Below are positions 17,545 through 28,093 of a DNA stretch of 64,000 bases, one piece after another. The first letter of the stretch is position 1. Each line of letters starts with the position of its first letter. The notes beneath the pieces were generated by a model, which did no database searches, was not told the origin of the DNA, and saw only the letters and a list, made by a program, of their open reading frames with translations. The stretch comes from Clostridia bacterium. GTDB taxonomy: Bacteria > Bacillota > Clostridia > UBA1212 > UBA1255. A program made the translations under genes and the position numbers. The stretch is from positions 28,596 through 92,595 of the forward strand of contig JAGBGO010000064.1 in the NCBI GenBank assembly GCA_017935905.1. The letters run 5' to 3'.

Positions 17545-19806
17545 ATGAAGGTTCAGGTTTATCTGCTGGAAAGCAACCGGGAATATGATATTTTGTACAC
17601 TTACCTCGCACCCAGCCCGTCGGAAACGGACGTACCCTTGGTGCGGGGTACTTTTGTCTGGGTTCCTTTCGGATCGCAGAACAAACCCAAAGAAGCGGTG
17701 GTTTGGGAAACGGAATCTAACGAGCCTACACAAACCCGTTATCAAATTAAGACGATTTCGGAAGTGGACGGCGAGACGCTGCCTCTTACAAAAGAGGAAG
17801 TAGATCTTTGTCAGCGTCTGCAAGCCCATTATTTATGTACCCTTGGCGATGCCATTCGCTGCGTGCGCCCCTATCGGGGGAAGAAGAATGAAGTTGGCAG
17901 AGAAGTGCTTTTCTGTAAACTCAATCAACCGGAAGCGGACGTGCGCAATGCTTTGGATCAAGGCTTGTTCCGCAATATCGGACAAATTCGTATTCTGGAG
18001 ATTTTGCTTACGCAAAAGGAACCGATGCCCTTAAATCAGTTGCTCAGTGATGCCGGTTGCGGCAGCCGCTCTCCGGTACATACCCTGGAGAAGAAAGGGA
18101 TTCTGACGACTTTTTTGCAGCGCACGGATGCGTTGGAAAGCAAACAGGCACTTCCCGGTAAAGATTTGCAACTGCCCACCTATGCACAGCACGTCTTAAA
18201 TGAAGCGCAGCAACGGGCTTTTGATCAAGTGGATGCAGCCATTGCACAAGGCAACCCCGCTACGTTCTTGCTCCACGGCGTCACGGGAAGCGGCAAGACG
18301 GAAGTCTATATGCAGCTCATTCGCAGAGTGGTGGAAACGGGCGGCAACGTGATTATGCTGGTGCCGGAGATCTCTTTAACCCCTCAATTATTATCCCTTT
18401 TTACCGCCCGATTCGGAAACCGTATCGCCGTGCTCCACAGCCGGCTTACGGAAGCACAGCGATTGCGGGAATGGCACCGCATTGAGCGCGGGGACGTGCA
18501 GATTGTGGTAGGTGCCCGATCCGGTGTGTTTGCACCTTTCCTAAAGGTGGATTTGGTGATCTTAGATGAATTTCACGACCATTCCTACCAAGCGGAAGAT
18601 GCGGGGATGAAATATCACGCCAAAGATGTGGCGGAAATTCGTTGCCGCCGGCAGGGCGTTGTGCTTTTAGGTTCGGCGACTCCGGACATTTCCGTTTATC
18701 ACCGGGCCAAAGCCGGAGAAGTTCAGTATCTTTCCCTTCCGGAACGGGTGGGAAGCCGTCCGCTGCCGGAAGTTTCCGTGGTGGATATGCGAGAGGAAAT
18801 TCACTGCGCCGGCTGTATTCCTATTTTCAGCCGGGAACTTCGGGACCGTATGCGGGAGAATTACGAGAAAGGCTTGCAAACCTTGATTTTCGTAGGACGC
18901 AGGGGCTTTGCTTCCGGTCTTCTTTGCAGAGAATGCGGACGCAGTATGAAATGTGGGAAATGCAATATTCCTATGACGTACCACGCCGCTTCCAACCGCT
19001 TGATCTGTCATTATTGCGGCAATACTGTAACGGCGCCTTCTGTTTGTCCCGCTTGCAACAGCCCCTATTTGGAATATCGGGGGATCGGAACGGAGCGGGT
19101 GGTGCAGGAAATACAGCGTCTCTTCCCGGGTGCCAACGTGCTTCGCATGGACGCGGACACGACTTTAGGGAAAGACGGCCACGGAAAGATTTTAAAAGCA
19201 TTTTCCACCGGAGAAGTTCCCTTCTTGGTGGGCACCCAAATGATTACGAAGGGGCACGATTTCCCCGGGGTTACGTTAGTTGGGGTGCTGAATACAGACG
19301 GCCTTTTGAACAGTCCCGAATACAGGGGAGAGGAACGGGCGTTCCAGTTACTAACCCAGGTGGCGGGGCGCGGGGGACGGGGAAATGATCCGGGACACGT
19401 GGTCATTCAAGTCTACGACGTGGATAACTACGCTGTTTCTTCTGCCAAGCACCATAATTACGGGAAATTCTACCAAAACGAGATTGTAATTCGGGAGAAT
19501 CTTTGGTATCCTCCTTATTGTACCCTTTGCAGCGTGCAACTCACCTGTGAAGATGACAAAAAAGGTTTTCTTTGGGGTAAGAAAGCCGTGGAAGAACTTC
19601 GGAAAATTGCAGAAATGCTGCCTTGTTCCGGGAAACTTGAAGTTTGGGGACCTTCCAGAGCGCCGGTGCCCAAAGTCAACGGCCAGTACCGCTGGCGGAT
19701 TACCGTGAAAGCAGAACGTCGGGAAGATGGGGTTTCTTTGTTGAAAGCCTGGCTTCCTGTGAAGAAATTAGGCGCCAAGATGCGTCTTACTTATACTTTT
19801 GAATAG
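17545..19806 (+). CDS. priA: Primosomal protein N' (replication-restart helicase PriA)
   Basis: Walker A LLHGVTGSGKTEVY, DExH-like LVILDEFHD, and a Cys4 zinc-binding insertion (CRECG...CGKC...CHYCG...CPAC). Confidence 0.9.
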   Translation: MKVQVYLLESNREYDILYTYLAPSPSETDVPLVRGTFVWVPFGSQNKPKEAVVWETESNEPTQTRYQIKTISEVDGETLPLTKEEVDLCQRLQAHYLCTLGDAIRCVRPYRGKKNEVGREVLFCKLNQPEADVRNALDQGLFRNIGQIRILEILLTQKEPMPLNQLLSDAGCGSRSPVHTLEKKGILTTFLQRTDALESKQALPGKDLQLPTYAQHVLNEAQQRAFDQVDAAIAQGNPATFLLHGVTGSGKTEVYMQLIRRVVETGGNVIMLVPEISLTPQLLSLFTARFGNRIAVLHSRLTEAQRLREWHRIERGDVQIVVGARSGVFAPFLKVDLVILDEFHDHSYQAEDAGMKYHAKDVAEIRCRRQGVVLLGSATPDISVYHRAKAGEVQYLSLPERVGSRPLPEVSVVDMREEIHCAGCIPIFSRELRDRMRENYEKGLQTLIFVGRRGFASGLLCRECGRSMKCGKCNIPMTYHAASNRLICHYCGNTVTAPSVCPACNSPYLEYRGIGTERVVQEIQRLFPGANVLRMDADTTLGKDGHGKILKAFSTGEVPFLVGTQMITKGHDFPGVTLVGVLNTDGLLNSPEYRGEERAFQLLTQVAGRGGRGNDPGHVVIQVYDVDNYAVSSAKHHNYGKFYQNEIVIRENLWYPPYCTLCSVQLTCEDDKKGFLWGKKAVEELRKIAEMLPCSGKLEVWGPSRAPVPKVNGQYRWRITVKAERREDGVSLLKAWLPVKKLGAKMRLTYTFE

Positions 19807-19821
19807 AGGAGAGTTTAGAAA

Positions 19822-20277
19822 ATGGCCATTCGAAACATACGAACGGAAGGCGAAGACGTACTTCGCATGATTTGTAAACCGGTGAGTGAAGTCAACGACG
19901 GAACCCGCCGCTTGATCGGAGATATGTATGATACTATGTATGCAACGGACGGTGTGGGCCTTGCGGCACCGCAAATCGGTGTAGTGAAACGCATTGTAGT
20001 CATCGACGATCGGGAAGGACACAAATTTGCATTGATCAATCCTAAGATTACGGAGAAGTCCGGCACCCAGCGTTCCTGCGAAGGTTGCCTGAGCCTTCCC
20101 GGCTACCGGGGAGAAGTGGACCGTCCGAAAGAAGTGACCGTGGAAGCTTTGGATGAATACGGCGAGCCGGTTACTTTACACGCCAAAGATTTCCTTGCGG
20201 TGATTTGTTGCCATGAATTGGATCATTTGGACGGTATCTTATATAAAGATTTAGCGGTGAATTACGAACGGGTGTGA
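19822..20277 (+). CDS. def: Peptide deformylase
   Basis: Motifs GVGLAAPQIG, EGCLSLPG and HELDHLDG. Confidence 0.9.
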   Translation: MAIRNIRTEGEDVLRMICKPVSEVNDGTRRLIGDMYDTMYATDGVGLAAPQIGVVKRIVVIDDREGHKFALINPKITEKSGTQRSCEGCLSLPGYRGEVDRPKEVTVEALDEYGEPVTLHAKDFLAVICCHELDHLDGILYKDLAVNYERV

Positions 20278-21206
20278 GTGGAATGTTGCGAATTGTTTTT
20301 ATGGGAACACCGGATTTTGCCATCCCCACGTTCCAAATGTTAATTGACCAATATGAAGTGGTATTGGCGGTAACCAAACCGGATAAACCTAAGGGTCGGG
20401 GCGGCGCGATTGCTATGCCGCCGGTGAAGGAACTGGCGCTGAAACACAATATTCCCGTTTATCAACCGGAGAATGCCAAGACGCCTGAATTTTATGAAAC
20501 GCTGAAGGCGGCAAATGCAGATTTGTTTGTAACCTGTGCCTACGGTAAGATTTTGACAGAGAAAGTGTTGACGCTTCCTAAATATGGATGTATTAACGTT
20601 CACGCCAGCATTTTACCGGCATACCGTGGTGCGGCTCCCTTGTGGCACGCTGTGATCGACGGGCAAGCCGAAAGCGGTATCACCACCATGATGACGGACG
20701 CAGGGATGGATACCGGCGATATCTTACGCATCGATCGCACACCGATCCCGGACGATATGACCATGGGCCAGCTCCACGACGCACTTTCGGAGCTGGGACC
20801 CAAGACTTTGAAAGCGACCCTGGATGCGTTGGAAGCGGGAACGCTGACCCGAACGCCCCAAGTCCACGAACTTGCCACTTACGCCCCTATGGTAGACCGG
20901 GAAAGCGGCCATATTGACTGGTCGAAGCCGGCTTCGCAGATTCATAATTTGGTGCGGGGAACCAATCCTTTTCCCGCTGCGTATACCCAAACGGTTACCG
21001 GTGGACGGGTGAAGATCTGGAAGACCCGGGTGGTTCAGAAAACGGGCCATTGCGGCCAGCCGGGTACTGTAACTCTTGGGAAAGGGCAAGCGTTTGTGGC
21101 TTGCGGAGAGGGCCTTCTGGAGCTTTTGGAAGTGCAGGGGGAAAATGCGCGGAAGATGACAATAGGAGAATACTTAAATGGACACACCCTTGATCAATTT
21201 AAGTGA
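20274..21206 (+). CDS. fmt: Methionyl-tRNA formyltransferase
   Basis: Starts MLRIVFMGTPDFA and contains the formyltransferase core ...NVHASILPAYRGAAP. Its start overlaps the def stop. Confidence 0.9.
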   Translation: MSGMLRIVFMGTPDFAIPTFQMLIDQYEVVLAVTKPDKPKGRGGAIAMPPVKELALKHNIPVYQPENAKTPEFYETLKAANADLFVTCAYGKILTEKVLTLPKYGCINVHASILPAYRGAAPLWHAVIDGQAESGITTMMTDAGMDTGDILRIDRTPIPDDMTMGQLHDALSELGPKTLKATLDALEAGTLTRTPQVHELATYAPMVDRESGHIDWSKPASQIHNLVRGTNPFPAAYTQTVTGGRVKIWKTRVVQKTGHCGQPGTVTLGKGQAFVACGEGLLELLEVQGENARKMTIGEYLNGHTLDQFK

Positions 21207-22254
21207 ATTAAGTCCGGAAGCATTGGCGGCGTTTGTGAAGGAGCTGGGGCTTCCCGCCTTTCGCGGCAAACAGATTGCCGGTTGGCTTTCTCAAGGGGCA
21301 ACTTTTGATGAAATGACCAATTTGCCTTTGGAAACCCGGAAATTACTGGCTACCAAAGCTACTACGGGAGCCTTGAGGATTGCGGGGAAATTGCAATCCG
21401 CCATCGACGGCACCATTAAGTACTTATTTGATTTAGGGGACGGCAATTTCATTGAAAGCGTCCTGATGAAATATAAGTACGGATATTCTGTGTGCGTATC
21501 CACCCAAGCCGGTTGCCGTATGGGTTGTACGTTCTGCGCTTCCGCCAAAGCCGGCTTTGTGCGAAATTTAACCGGCGCAGAGATTCTGGCGCAACTTCGC
21601 GCGATTTGCAAAGATCAGAAGATTTCTATCAGCCATATTGTCATGATGGGCGTGGGTGAACCTTTAGACAATTATGAAAACGTTCTGGATTTTATTCGTA
21701 TGGCCCACGACCCCAATGGAATGAATATCAGTTACCGGAAGATGTCCTTGTCTACCTGCGGCGTTGTGCCGGGGATTGAGCGCCTGATGGAGGAGAATAT
21801 TCCTCTTACTTTGTCTGTTTCTTTACACGCACCTTTTCAGGAACAAAGGGCTCAAATGATGCCCGTTGCAAGGAAATACAAACTTGACAAACTATTGGAA
21901 ATATGTAACACTTATACGGTACGAACCGGCAGAAGAATTACCTTTGAATACGCTATGATTCGGGATGTAAACGACAGCCCGAAACACGCAGATGAATTAA
22001 TTCGATTGCTGGGTTCTATGCTTTGTCACGTGAATTTAATACCTGTGAATGCCGTGGACGGCACCGGGTATCACAAGGCGGAAAGAGAACGGATTGATGC
22101 GTTCCGGAAGCGACTGGAGGACGGCGGCGTGGCCGCGACGGTGCGAAGGGCGATGGGACGGGATATTGAGGCGGCCTGCGGGCAGCTTCGCAGAAAAGCG
22201 ATGGAAGATCGATCCGAAGGGAAGGCGACAGATGGAGATCTTTGCAAAGAGTGA
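21178..22254 (+). CDS. rlmN: 23S rRNA (adenine2503-C2)-methyltransferase (radical SAM)
   Basis: Radical-SAM CxxxCxxC (CRMGCTFC), plus the FRGKQI N-terminal motif. Confidence 0.85.
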   Translation: MDTPLINLSELSPEALAAFVKELGLPAFRGKQIAGWLSQGATFDEMTNLPLETRKLLATKATTGALRIAGKLQSAIDGTIKYLFDLGDGNFIESVLMKYKYGYSVCVSTQAGCRMGCTFCASAKAGFVRNLTGAEILAQLRAICKDQKISISHIVMMGVGEPLDNYENVLDFIRMAHDPNGMNISYRKMSLSTCGVVPGIERLMEENIPLTLSVSLHAPFQEQRAQMMPVARKYKLDKLLEICNTYTVRTGRRITFEYAMIRDVNDSPKHADELIRLLGSMLCHVNLIPVNAVDGTGYHKAERERIDAFRKRLEDGGVAATVRRAMGRDIEAACGQLRRKAMEDRSEGKATDGDLCKE

Positions 22255-22966
22255 TATCGGCCGAAAGAGGTCATGCAACGAAGACAGCTACGGTTATTCT
22301 ATTTCTTCCGGAATAGGCTGTTCTTTGTTTGTTGTGGCGGACGGTATGGGCGGTGCAAAGGCCGGCAACGTAGCCAGCCGGATTGCCGTTACTGCAATGA
22401 TCGAATACTTTGAGGAACATTTGAAGAAATTGTCGGACGTCAATCAGATTTGCGACGGTTTGCATCAAGGGGTGGCACACGCCAACCAACTGGTGATGGA
22501 AGCTGCCGCCGGTTCGGAAGAATACCGCGGGATGGGTACGACGATTGTGTGCGCCTGCATTGTAGAGAAATATTTGATTGTTTTGAACGTAGGGGATAGC
22601 CGTGGATATTTGATTACCGGGAAATCCGGCACGCAACTTACGGAAGATCATTCTTACGTGGAACATTTAGTAAAGACGGGACAAATTGATCGGACGGAAG
22701 CAAAAAGTCATCCCAGAAGAAACGAAATCACCCGTGCCTTGGGCGCTATTCCCAACGTGCAGGCGGATCTGTTTCTGTATGATTACCGAGAAGGGAATTG
22801 GGTGATTTTGTGTACGGACGGTCTTACCCGTATGGTGGAAGACCGGGAACTTTTCCGCGTAGTACGCAAAGAAGGAAAACCGGAACGGATTTGTGATAAA
22901 TTGGTGGAGCTTGCCAACCGAGGCGGAGGCCTTGACAATATTACAGTGGTTGCGGCCAAATTGTAA
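22232..22966 (+). CDS. stp: PP2C-family Ser/Thr protein phosphatase
   Basis: MEIFAKSDIGRKRSCNEDS...VADGMGG PP2C motifs. The ATG at 22232 follows SD gaaggga. Conserved partner of the downstream PASTA kinase. Confidence 0.85.
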   Translation: MEIFAKSDIGRKRSCNEDSYGYSISSGIGCSLFVVADGMGGAKAGNVASRIAVTAMIEYFEEHLKKLSDVNQICDGLHQGVAHANQLVMEAAAGSEEYRGMGTTIVCACIVEKYLIVLNVGDSRGYLITGKSGTQLTEDHSYVEHLVKTGQIDRTEAKSHPRRNEITRALGAIPNVQADLFLYDYREGNWVILCTDGLTRMVEDRELFRVVRKEGKPERICDKLVELANRGGGLDNITVVAAKL

Positions 22967-22990
22967 TGACGAAGGGGAAGGGTTGAGTGT

Positions 22991-25060
22991 ATGATGTATA
23001 ACGATTCAATGGAAGGTGCTGTCCTTGGTGGACGTTATCAATTACAAGAGCGAATCGGCATGGGCGGTATGTCCGTTGTATACCGCGCATTAGACCGGGA
23101 TACCCACAGCATTGTTGCAATTAAGACGCTCAAGGCGGAATATTGCAGCGATATTGATTTTGTCCGCCGTTTTCAAAATGAAATTAAAGCTACCGCAGAT
23201 CTTCAACATCCCAATATCGTACAGATTTTCGATCAGGGTGAGGAAGACGGGATGCCGTATATTGTAATGGAATTTATTGAAGGTATCACCTTAAAGGATT
23301 ACATCGTAGCGCTGCAGACCCTTAAATGGAAAGACGCGTTCAGCGTGACTGCCCAGGTGTTGTCCGCTGTGGCATGTGCCCACCAGCATAAGGTGATTCA
23401 CCGGGATATTAAGCCGCAGAATATTATGATTACCGATGAAGGACAGCTTAAGCTTACGGATTTCGGTATTGCCCGGGTGGCTTCTTCTTCTACAAAGCAA
23501 GCGAAGCCCGACAGCGCCGGTTCCGTTCACTATCTTTCTCCGGAACAGGCCAGAGGCGGTTTGGTGGATGAACGGTCGGACCTTTATTCTATCGGTATTA
23601 TGCTGTATGAAATGGTAACCGGTGTGGTACCCTTTGACGGCGAATCCCACGTATCTATTGCTCTTAAGCATATTGACGGCCACATCGTACCGCCACATAC
23701 GTTGGATCCTGAACTGCCGATCGGTGTCAGCGATTTTATTATGGTGGCAACCAATAAGAATCCTTTGCAAAGATTTCAGTCCGCAGAGGATATGTACGAC
23801 CGCATGAAGAAAGTTTCCAAAGAACCGAACTACTCTTTCTTGGGCGACATCCAAGTGATGGTTGAGGATGATGAAGACGATGTGTCTGTACAGACCGAAT
23901 TTGCGTCTGCAGCAGAAACGGATTACAAAGCAGACCGTACCGAAATTATCCGGACGGTTACGTCTACGGCTCTAGCGTATATGTTGGCCATTCTTGTAGG
24001 CATCTTAGGCATCGTGTTTCTGGTTTCCCGTTTTGACAGCTTGAAACGGAATATGGATTCTTTTTCGAACATTCAATACGAAGTGCAGGACTATACGGGG
24101 ATGTTGGCGGACACGGTGGCTCAAACCCTTACCGATAAGGGCATTCAAGTACAGAAGATCCCTGTGGAAAGTGATGAATATCCCGTAGGTTACGTTGTTG
24201 GGCAAAGTCTTGAAGAAGGCACGATGGTAGAGGAACGCGCCGTTATGGAACTGGAAGTTGCCAGTTTAAGCGGTTCTTTCGTATTGGAAAATTATGCGGG
24301 CAATGATTATCGGGATGCCGGCGCGAAATTAAGCTCTTTGGGTATCAAAGTATCGTACACCCCCATTGCCAGCGGTAAATATAAAGAACAGAAAGTGGTC
24401 AGAACTGCACCGGCTGCAGGCAGTATTGTAATTGCCGGCGATGCCGTGACCGTTTATTACAGTATCGGAACTCTTTCTCAAACGGTAACGGTGCCGGATT
24501 TGTCCGGCAAGACGCTGGAAGAAGCCCAGAAAGCACTGGAGAAGTTAGGTCTTCGTGTAGGTACGGTTTATCCGGAGCCCGGTTCAGATATTACGGATTT
24601 GGTAGGCGGTGGAACCACGTTTGCACTGAGTACGGTAACCGCATCCGCTTCTCCTACGGAAACGCCCACGGAATCACCGGATGGTCCTACGGCAAGTCCT
24701 ACACCGGATACAGTTTACGCATCGGAAACGGTTGTAGCACAATATCCTACGGCCGGTACCAAAGTGTATAAGTACGAAACCGTTAGTTTGTATTTCTGTG
24801 ATACGGCTTATTTGGAAAGCAGCCAGGAATTCGTGTTGGAATTCCCGGAACACATAAAGGGAAGTACTTGTGACGTTCGAATCACTTCTTCCGATGTGGG
24901 CAGTACGGACGTAGAAGATATTCTGTGTGATGAGAAGAAAATGAAGAAGAGTGATTTCCCCTTAACTGTGAACGTTCCCTTCTCTTATTATGGTGCACCG
25001 GTTCGTGTGACGGTCTATATTAACGGTAAAGTTTATCAAGAGATTGTACTGTATGAGTAA
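22991..25060 (+). CDS. prkC: Ser/Thr protein kinase with C-terminal PASTA repeats
   Basis: Kinase motifs (VAIK, HRDIKPQN, DFG, SPEQ), a TM segment and three PASTA-like repeats. Confidence 0.85.
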   Translation: MMYNDSMEGAVLGGRYQLQERIGMGGMSVVYRALDRDTHSIVAIKTLKAEYCSDIDFVRRFQNEIKATADLQHPNIVQIFDQGEEDGMPYIVMEFIEGITLKDYIVALQTLKWKDAFSVTAQVLSAVACAHQHKVIHRDIKPQNIMITDEGQLKLTDFGIARVASSSTKQAKPDSAGSVHYLSPEQARGGLVDERSDLYSIGIMLYEMVTGVVPFDGESHVSIALKHIDGHIVPPHTLDPELPIGVSDFIMVATNKNPLQRFQSAEDMYDRMKKVSKEPNYSFLGDIQVMVEDDEDDVSVQTEFASAAETDYKADRTEIIRTVTSTALAYMLAILVGILGIVFLVSRFDSLKRNMDSFSNIQYEVQDYTGMLADTVAQTLTDKGIQVQKIPVESDEYPVGYVVGQSLEEGTMVEERAVMELEVASLSGSFVLENYAGNDYRDAGAKLSSLGIKVSYTPIASGKYKEQKVVRTAPAAGSIVIAGDAVTVYYSIGTLSQTVTVPDLSGKTLEEAQKALEKLGLRVGTVYPEPGSDITDLVGGGTTFALSTVTASASPTETPTESPDGPTASPTPDTVYASETVVAQYPTAGTKVYKYETVSLYFCDTAYLESSQEFVLEFPEHIKGSTCDVRITSSDVGSTDVEDILCDEKKMKKSDFPLTVNVPFSYYGAPVRVTVYINGKVYQEIVLYE

Positions 25061-25952
25061 TTCCCAGGGCATTATTCTCAAAGGTGTTGGCGGTTTGTAC
25101 ACGGTCTATGAAGACGGTGTACTTTTCGCTTGTAGCGCAAGAGGCATTTTGCGCAAAGACGGCACCAAATTGCTGGTGGGGGATCGGGTTCGTCTCAGTG
25201 AGCGGGACACCGTACAATGTACCGCAGTGATTGATGAGATTCTTCCTCGAAAGACCTCTTTAATACGCCCGAAAGTTGCCAACGTAGATAAACTTTTCCT
25301 TTTGGTAGCAGCGGGAAATCCTAAACCGGACTTGTACTTGGTTGACAAGATGTTGATTTACGCAGAACAAAGCGGCGTGGATCCGGTACTGGTGATCAAC
25401 AAATCGGATCAGGATGAAGCCTATGCCAAGGAATTGGTCGCCCAATATCGGAATGCCGCTACCTGTTATATTACGTCTGCCTCCGATCGCAAAGGCACCC
25501 GGGCGGTATGTGAAGCTATGAACGGCTACACCTGCGTCCTTGCCGGACAGTCCGGCGTAGGCAAGTCTACGTTTTTAAATTTAGCATCCGGTGGGGAGCA
25601 AATGGCAACAGGCGGCCTCAGTGATAAAACTATGCGGGGCAAGCATACCACACGCCATGCGGAAATTTTTGAGGTGAAAGGGGAATATTTTACCGAACCT
25701 ACCTTCCTCATTGATTCTCCCGGCTTTAGTATGCTGGAATTAAATTTTGAGGCAAAAGACTTGCCCCAAGCCTATCCGGAGGTATATAATAACCAAGGCG
25801 AATGCCGTTTTCAGGATTGCCGCCACATAGGCGAGCCCGGATGTTTCGTGCGGGACCTGGTGGAACAAGGCATTTTTCATCCGGAACGGTACAAACGCTA
25901 TTGTGAATTCTACAAAGAACTTTTAGAGAAAGAGAAGAATAAGTACCGCTGA
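25053..25952 (+). CDS. rsgA: Ribosome small-subunit-dependent GTPase A
   Basis: OB-fold N-terminus, GTPase motifs (VINKSD, GQSGVGKST) and a C-terminal zinc finger (CRFQDCRHIGEPGC). Confidence 0.85.
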   Translation: MSNSQGIILKGVGGLYTVYEDGVLFACSARGILRKDGTKLLVGDRVRLSERDTVQCTAVIDEILPRKTSLIRPKVANVDKLFLLVAAGNPKPDLYLVDKMLIYAEQSGVDPVLVINKSDQDEAYAKELVAQYRNAATCYITSASDRKGTRAVCEAMNGYTCVLAGQSGVGKSTFLNLASGGEQMATGGLSDKTMRGKHTTRHAEIFEVKGEYFTEPTFLIDSPGFSMLELNFEAKDLPQAYPEVYNNQGECRFQDCRHIGEPGCFVRDLVEQGIFHPERYKRYCEFYKELLEKEKNKYR

Positions 25953-25981
25953 TTTGGAGCGGGGAATAGGAGTATGGAACT

Positions 25982-26638
25982 ATGGAAATTAAGATTGCAC
26001 CTTCGATTTTGTCTGCAGATTTTGCAAAATTAGGAGAAGATATTAAGGCCATTGAAGAAGCCGGCGCAGATTGGGTTCACATTGACGTGATGGACGGACA
26101 TTTCGTACCCAATATTTCTTTTGGTATTCCCATTGTGAAGGCCATTCGGAAGTGGACGGAGATGCCTTTTGACGTACATTTGATGATTGAGAATCCGGAT
26201 CAGTATATTGAGGCTTTTGCCAATGCAGGCGCCGATATTATTACGGTTCACCAAGAAGCGTGCACTCACCTTCACAGAACGGTGCAGCTCATTCATAAGT
26301 GCGGATGCAAAGCCGGTGTTTCTTTGAACCCTGCAACGGATGAGTCTACTTTAAGATACATTTTACCCGACGTAGATATGGTACTTTTGATGTCCGTGAA
26401 TCCGGGCTTCGGCGGGCAGTCTTACATTCATTCCGTTACCAAGAAGATTGCCGCTATCCGGAAGATGTGCGATGAAATGGGCCTTACGGAAATGGATATT
26501 GAAGTAGATGGCGGCGTAGACGCCAATACTTGTAAAGAAGTGCGGGACGCAGGCGCCAACGTTTTGGTGGCAGGTTCTGCGGTGTACGGCGCACCGGACA
26601 AAGCAAAGATGATTTCTATCTTGAAGGGGGAAGCGTAA
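25982..26638 (+). CDS. rpe: Ribulose-phosphate 3-epimerase
   Basis: Starts [10 protein letters not shown] and carries the core [12 protein letters not shown]. Confidence 0.9.
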   Translation: MEIKIAPSILSADFAKLGEDIKAIEEAGADWVHIDVMDGHFVPNISFGIPIVKAIRKWTEMPFDVHLMIENPDQYIEAFANAGADIITVHQEACTHLHRTVQLIHKCGCKAGVSLNPATDESTLRYILPDVDMVLLMSVNPGFGGQSYIHSVTKKIAAIRKMCDEMGLTEMDIEVDGGVDANTCKEVRDAGANVLVAGSAVYGAPDKAKMISILKGEA

Positions 26639-26639
26639 G

Positions 26640-27821
26640 ATGTTTTCGAAAACCGTTGTAGAGAATATGGCAGGAGGATCCTGGATTCGGGCAATGTTTG
26701 AACTGGGCAACCAATTAAAAGCACAATACGGAACAGACAAGGTGTATGACTTTACACTTGGAAATCCGGACCCGGAGCCCCCGGAGGCAGTCCTTGCCCA
26801 AATGGAGCAGTTGGTGCGCACACCCAATATTCATAAGTATATGTCCAACGCAGGATTTGAAGACGTGCGGGGGAAGATTGCCGCTTATATGGAAAGAGAA
26901 AGCGGCGTGGCTTTTACTGCAAAAGAAATCATTATGGTAACAGGCGCTGCAGCAGGTCTTTCCATTACCTTGAAGGCGTTGATGAATCCCGGTGAGGAAG
27001 TAATTGTGCTGGCACCTTACTTTATGGAATACAATTCCTACGTAGGGAACCAAAACGGCAAAGTTGTTCCGGTAAAAACCCTTCCTGATACGTTCCAACC
27101 GGATATTCCCGCCATTGAAAAAGCCATTACCGCCAATACCAAGGCGATTATTTTAAACTCGCCCAACAATCCTTCCGGTGCTATTTACACGGAAGAATCC
27201 TTGCAGGCATTGGCTCGCGTATTAGACGAGGCGGAGAAAGAATTTGGTCATCCCGTTTACGTGATTTCCGATGAGCCTTACGTAAAGATTGTGTATGACG
27301 GCGTGAAAGTGCCTTCTGTCGCAAAGATTTTTAAGAATGCCATTACGGTAAACTCCTTTAGTAAATCTTTGGCCCTTCCCGGCGAGCGCATCGGTTACAT
27401 CGCCGTAAATCCCACTATTGAAGATGCGGATACGCTTGTGGCAGCGATGGTTTATTGTAACCGTACGTTAGGCTTTGTAAATGCCCCCGGTCTTTTCCAA
27501 AAGGTGATTGCGGATCACTTGGATGAAGCTGCCGGCTTGGAAGCATACAAAGAACGCCGTGATTTATTGTACGATATTTTGGTGGATGCAGGCTTTAGCT
27601 GTATGAAACCCCAAGGTGCATTCTATTTGTTTGCCAAGTGTCCTATGGAAGACGATTCTGCCTTCTCTCAAATGGCCATCAAACATAATATTATCTTGGT
27701 AGGCGGCAGCGGATTCGGTTATCCCGGATACTTTAGACTGGCTTATTGCGTAAGCTACGACACCATTCGGAACTCTGCCCAGGCGTTCAAAGACTTGTAC
27801 AAAGAAGCCACCGGCAAATAA
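26640..27821 (+). CDS. PLP-dependent aminotransferase, class I (aspartate/alanine aminotransferase family)
   Basis: Carries the PLP-lysine motif SFSKSLALPGERIGY, and NPSG and NP-GA motifs. Confidence 0.75.
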   Translation: MFSKTVVENMAGGSWIRAMFELGNQLKAQYGTDKVYDFTLGNPDPEPPEAVLAQMEQLVRTPNIHKYMSNAGFEDVRGKIAAYMERESGVAFTAKEIIMVTGAAAGLSITLKALMNPGEEVIVLAPYFMEYNSYVGNQNGKVVPVKTLPDTFQPDIPAIEKAITANTKAIILNSPNNPSGAIYTEESLQALARVLDEAEKEFGHPVYVISDEPYVKIVYDGVKVPSVAKIFKNAITVNSFSKSLALPGERIGYIAVNPTIEDADTLVAAMVYCNRTLGFVNAPGLFQKVIADHLDEAAGLEAYKERRDLLYDILVDAGFSCMKPQGAFYLFAKCPMEDDSAFSQMAIKHNIILVGGSGFGYPGYFRLAYCVSYDTIRNSAQAFKDLYKEATGK

Positions 27822-27847
27822 ACGTGTGAAAGAAGGCGACTACAAAG

Positions 27848-28093
27848 TTGGCACATTTTACATACAAAACAAAAGGAACTTGTTCTTCCCAAATTGATTT
27901 TGATTTGGAAGACGGTGTGATCCATAACGTAGTTTTCAGAGGCGGTTGTCACGGAAACCTTCAAGCCATTCCGGCTTTGATTGAAGGCGCCCGGGCTGAA
28001 GACGTGATTCCAAAGATTTCCGGGATTCGTTGCGGCTTCCGCAATACGTCCTGTGCGGATCAGCTATCTAAAGCATTGCAAGAGGCATTATGA
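27848..28093 (+). CDS. TIGR03905-family TSCPD-domain protein (4-Cys)
   Basis: 81 aa with the TSCPD-like TSCAD motif and four conserved Cys. Confidence 0.6.
   Translation: MAHFTYKTKGTCSSQIDFDLEDGVIHNVVFRGGCHGNLQAIPALIEGARAEDVIPKISGIRCGFRNTSCADQLSKALQEAL

Noticed and set aside
18642-19388. 248-aa alternative-frame ORF within priA
   Set aside because: It is a same-strand frame-shifted reading of the conserved PriA helicase/zinc-finger region, with Arg/Gly-rich GC-frame composition.
22049-22231. Long N-terminal extension of the PP2C phosphatase overlapping rlmN
   Set aside because: The extension is Arg/Trp-rich and out of character. The conserved MEIFAKSDIGRKR start at 22232 has an SD.
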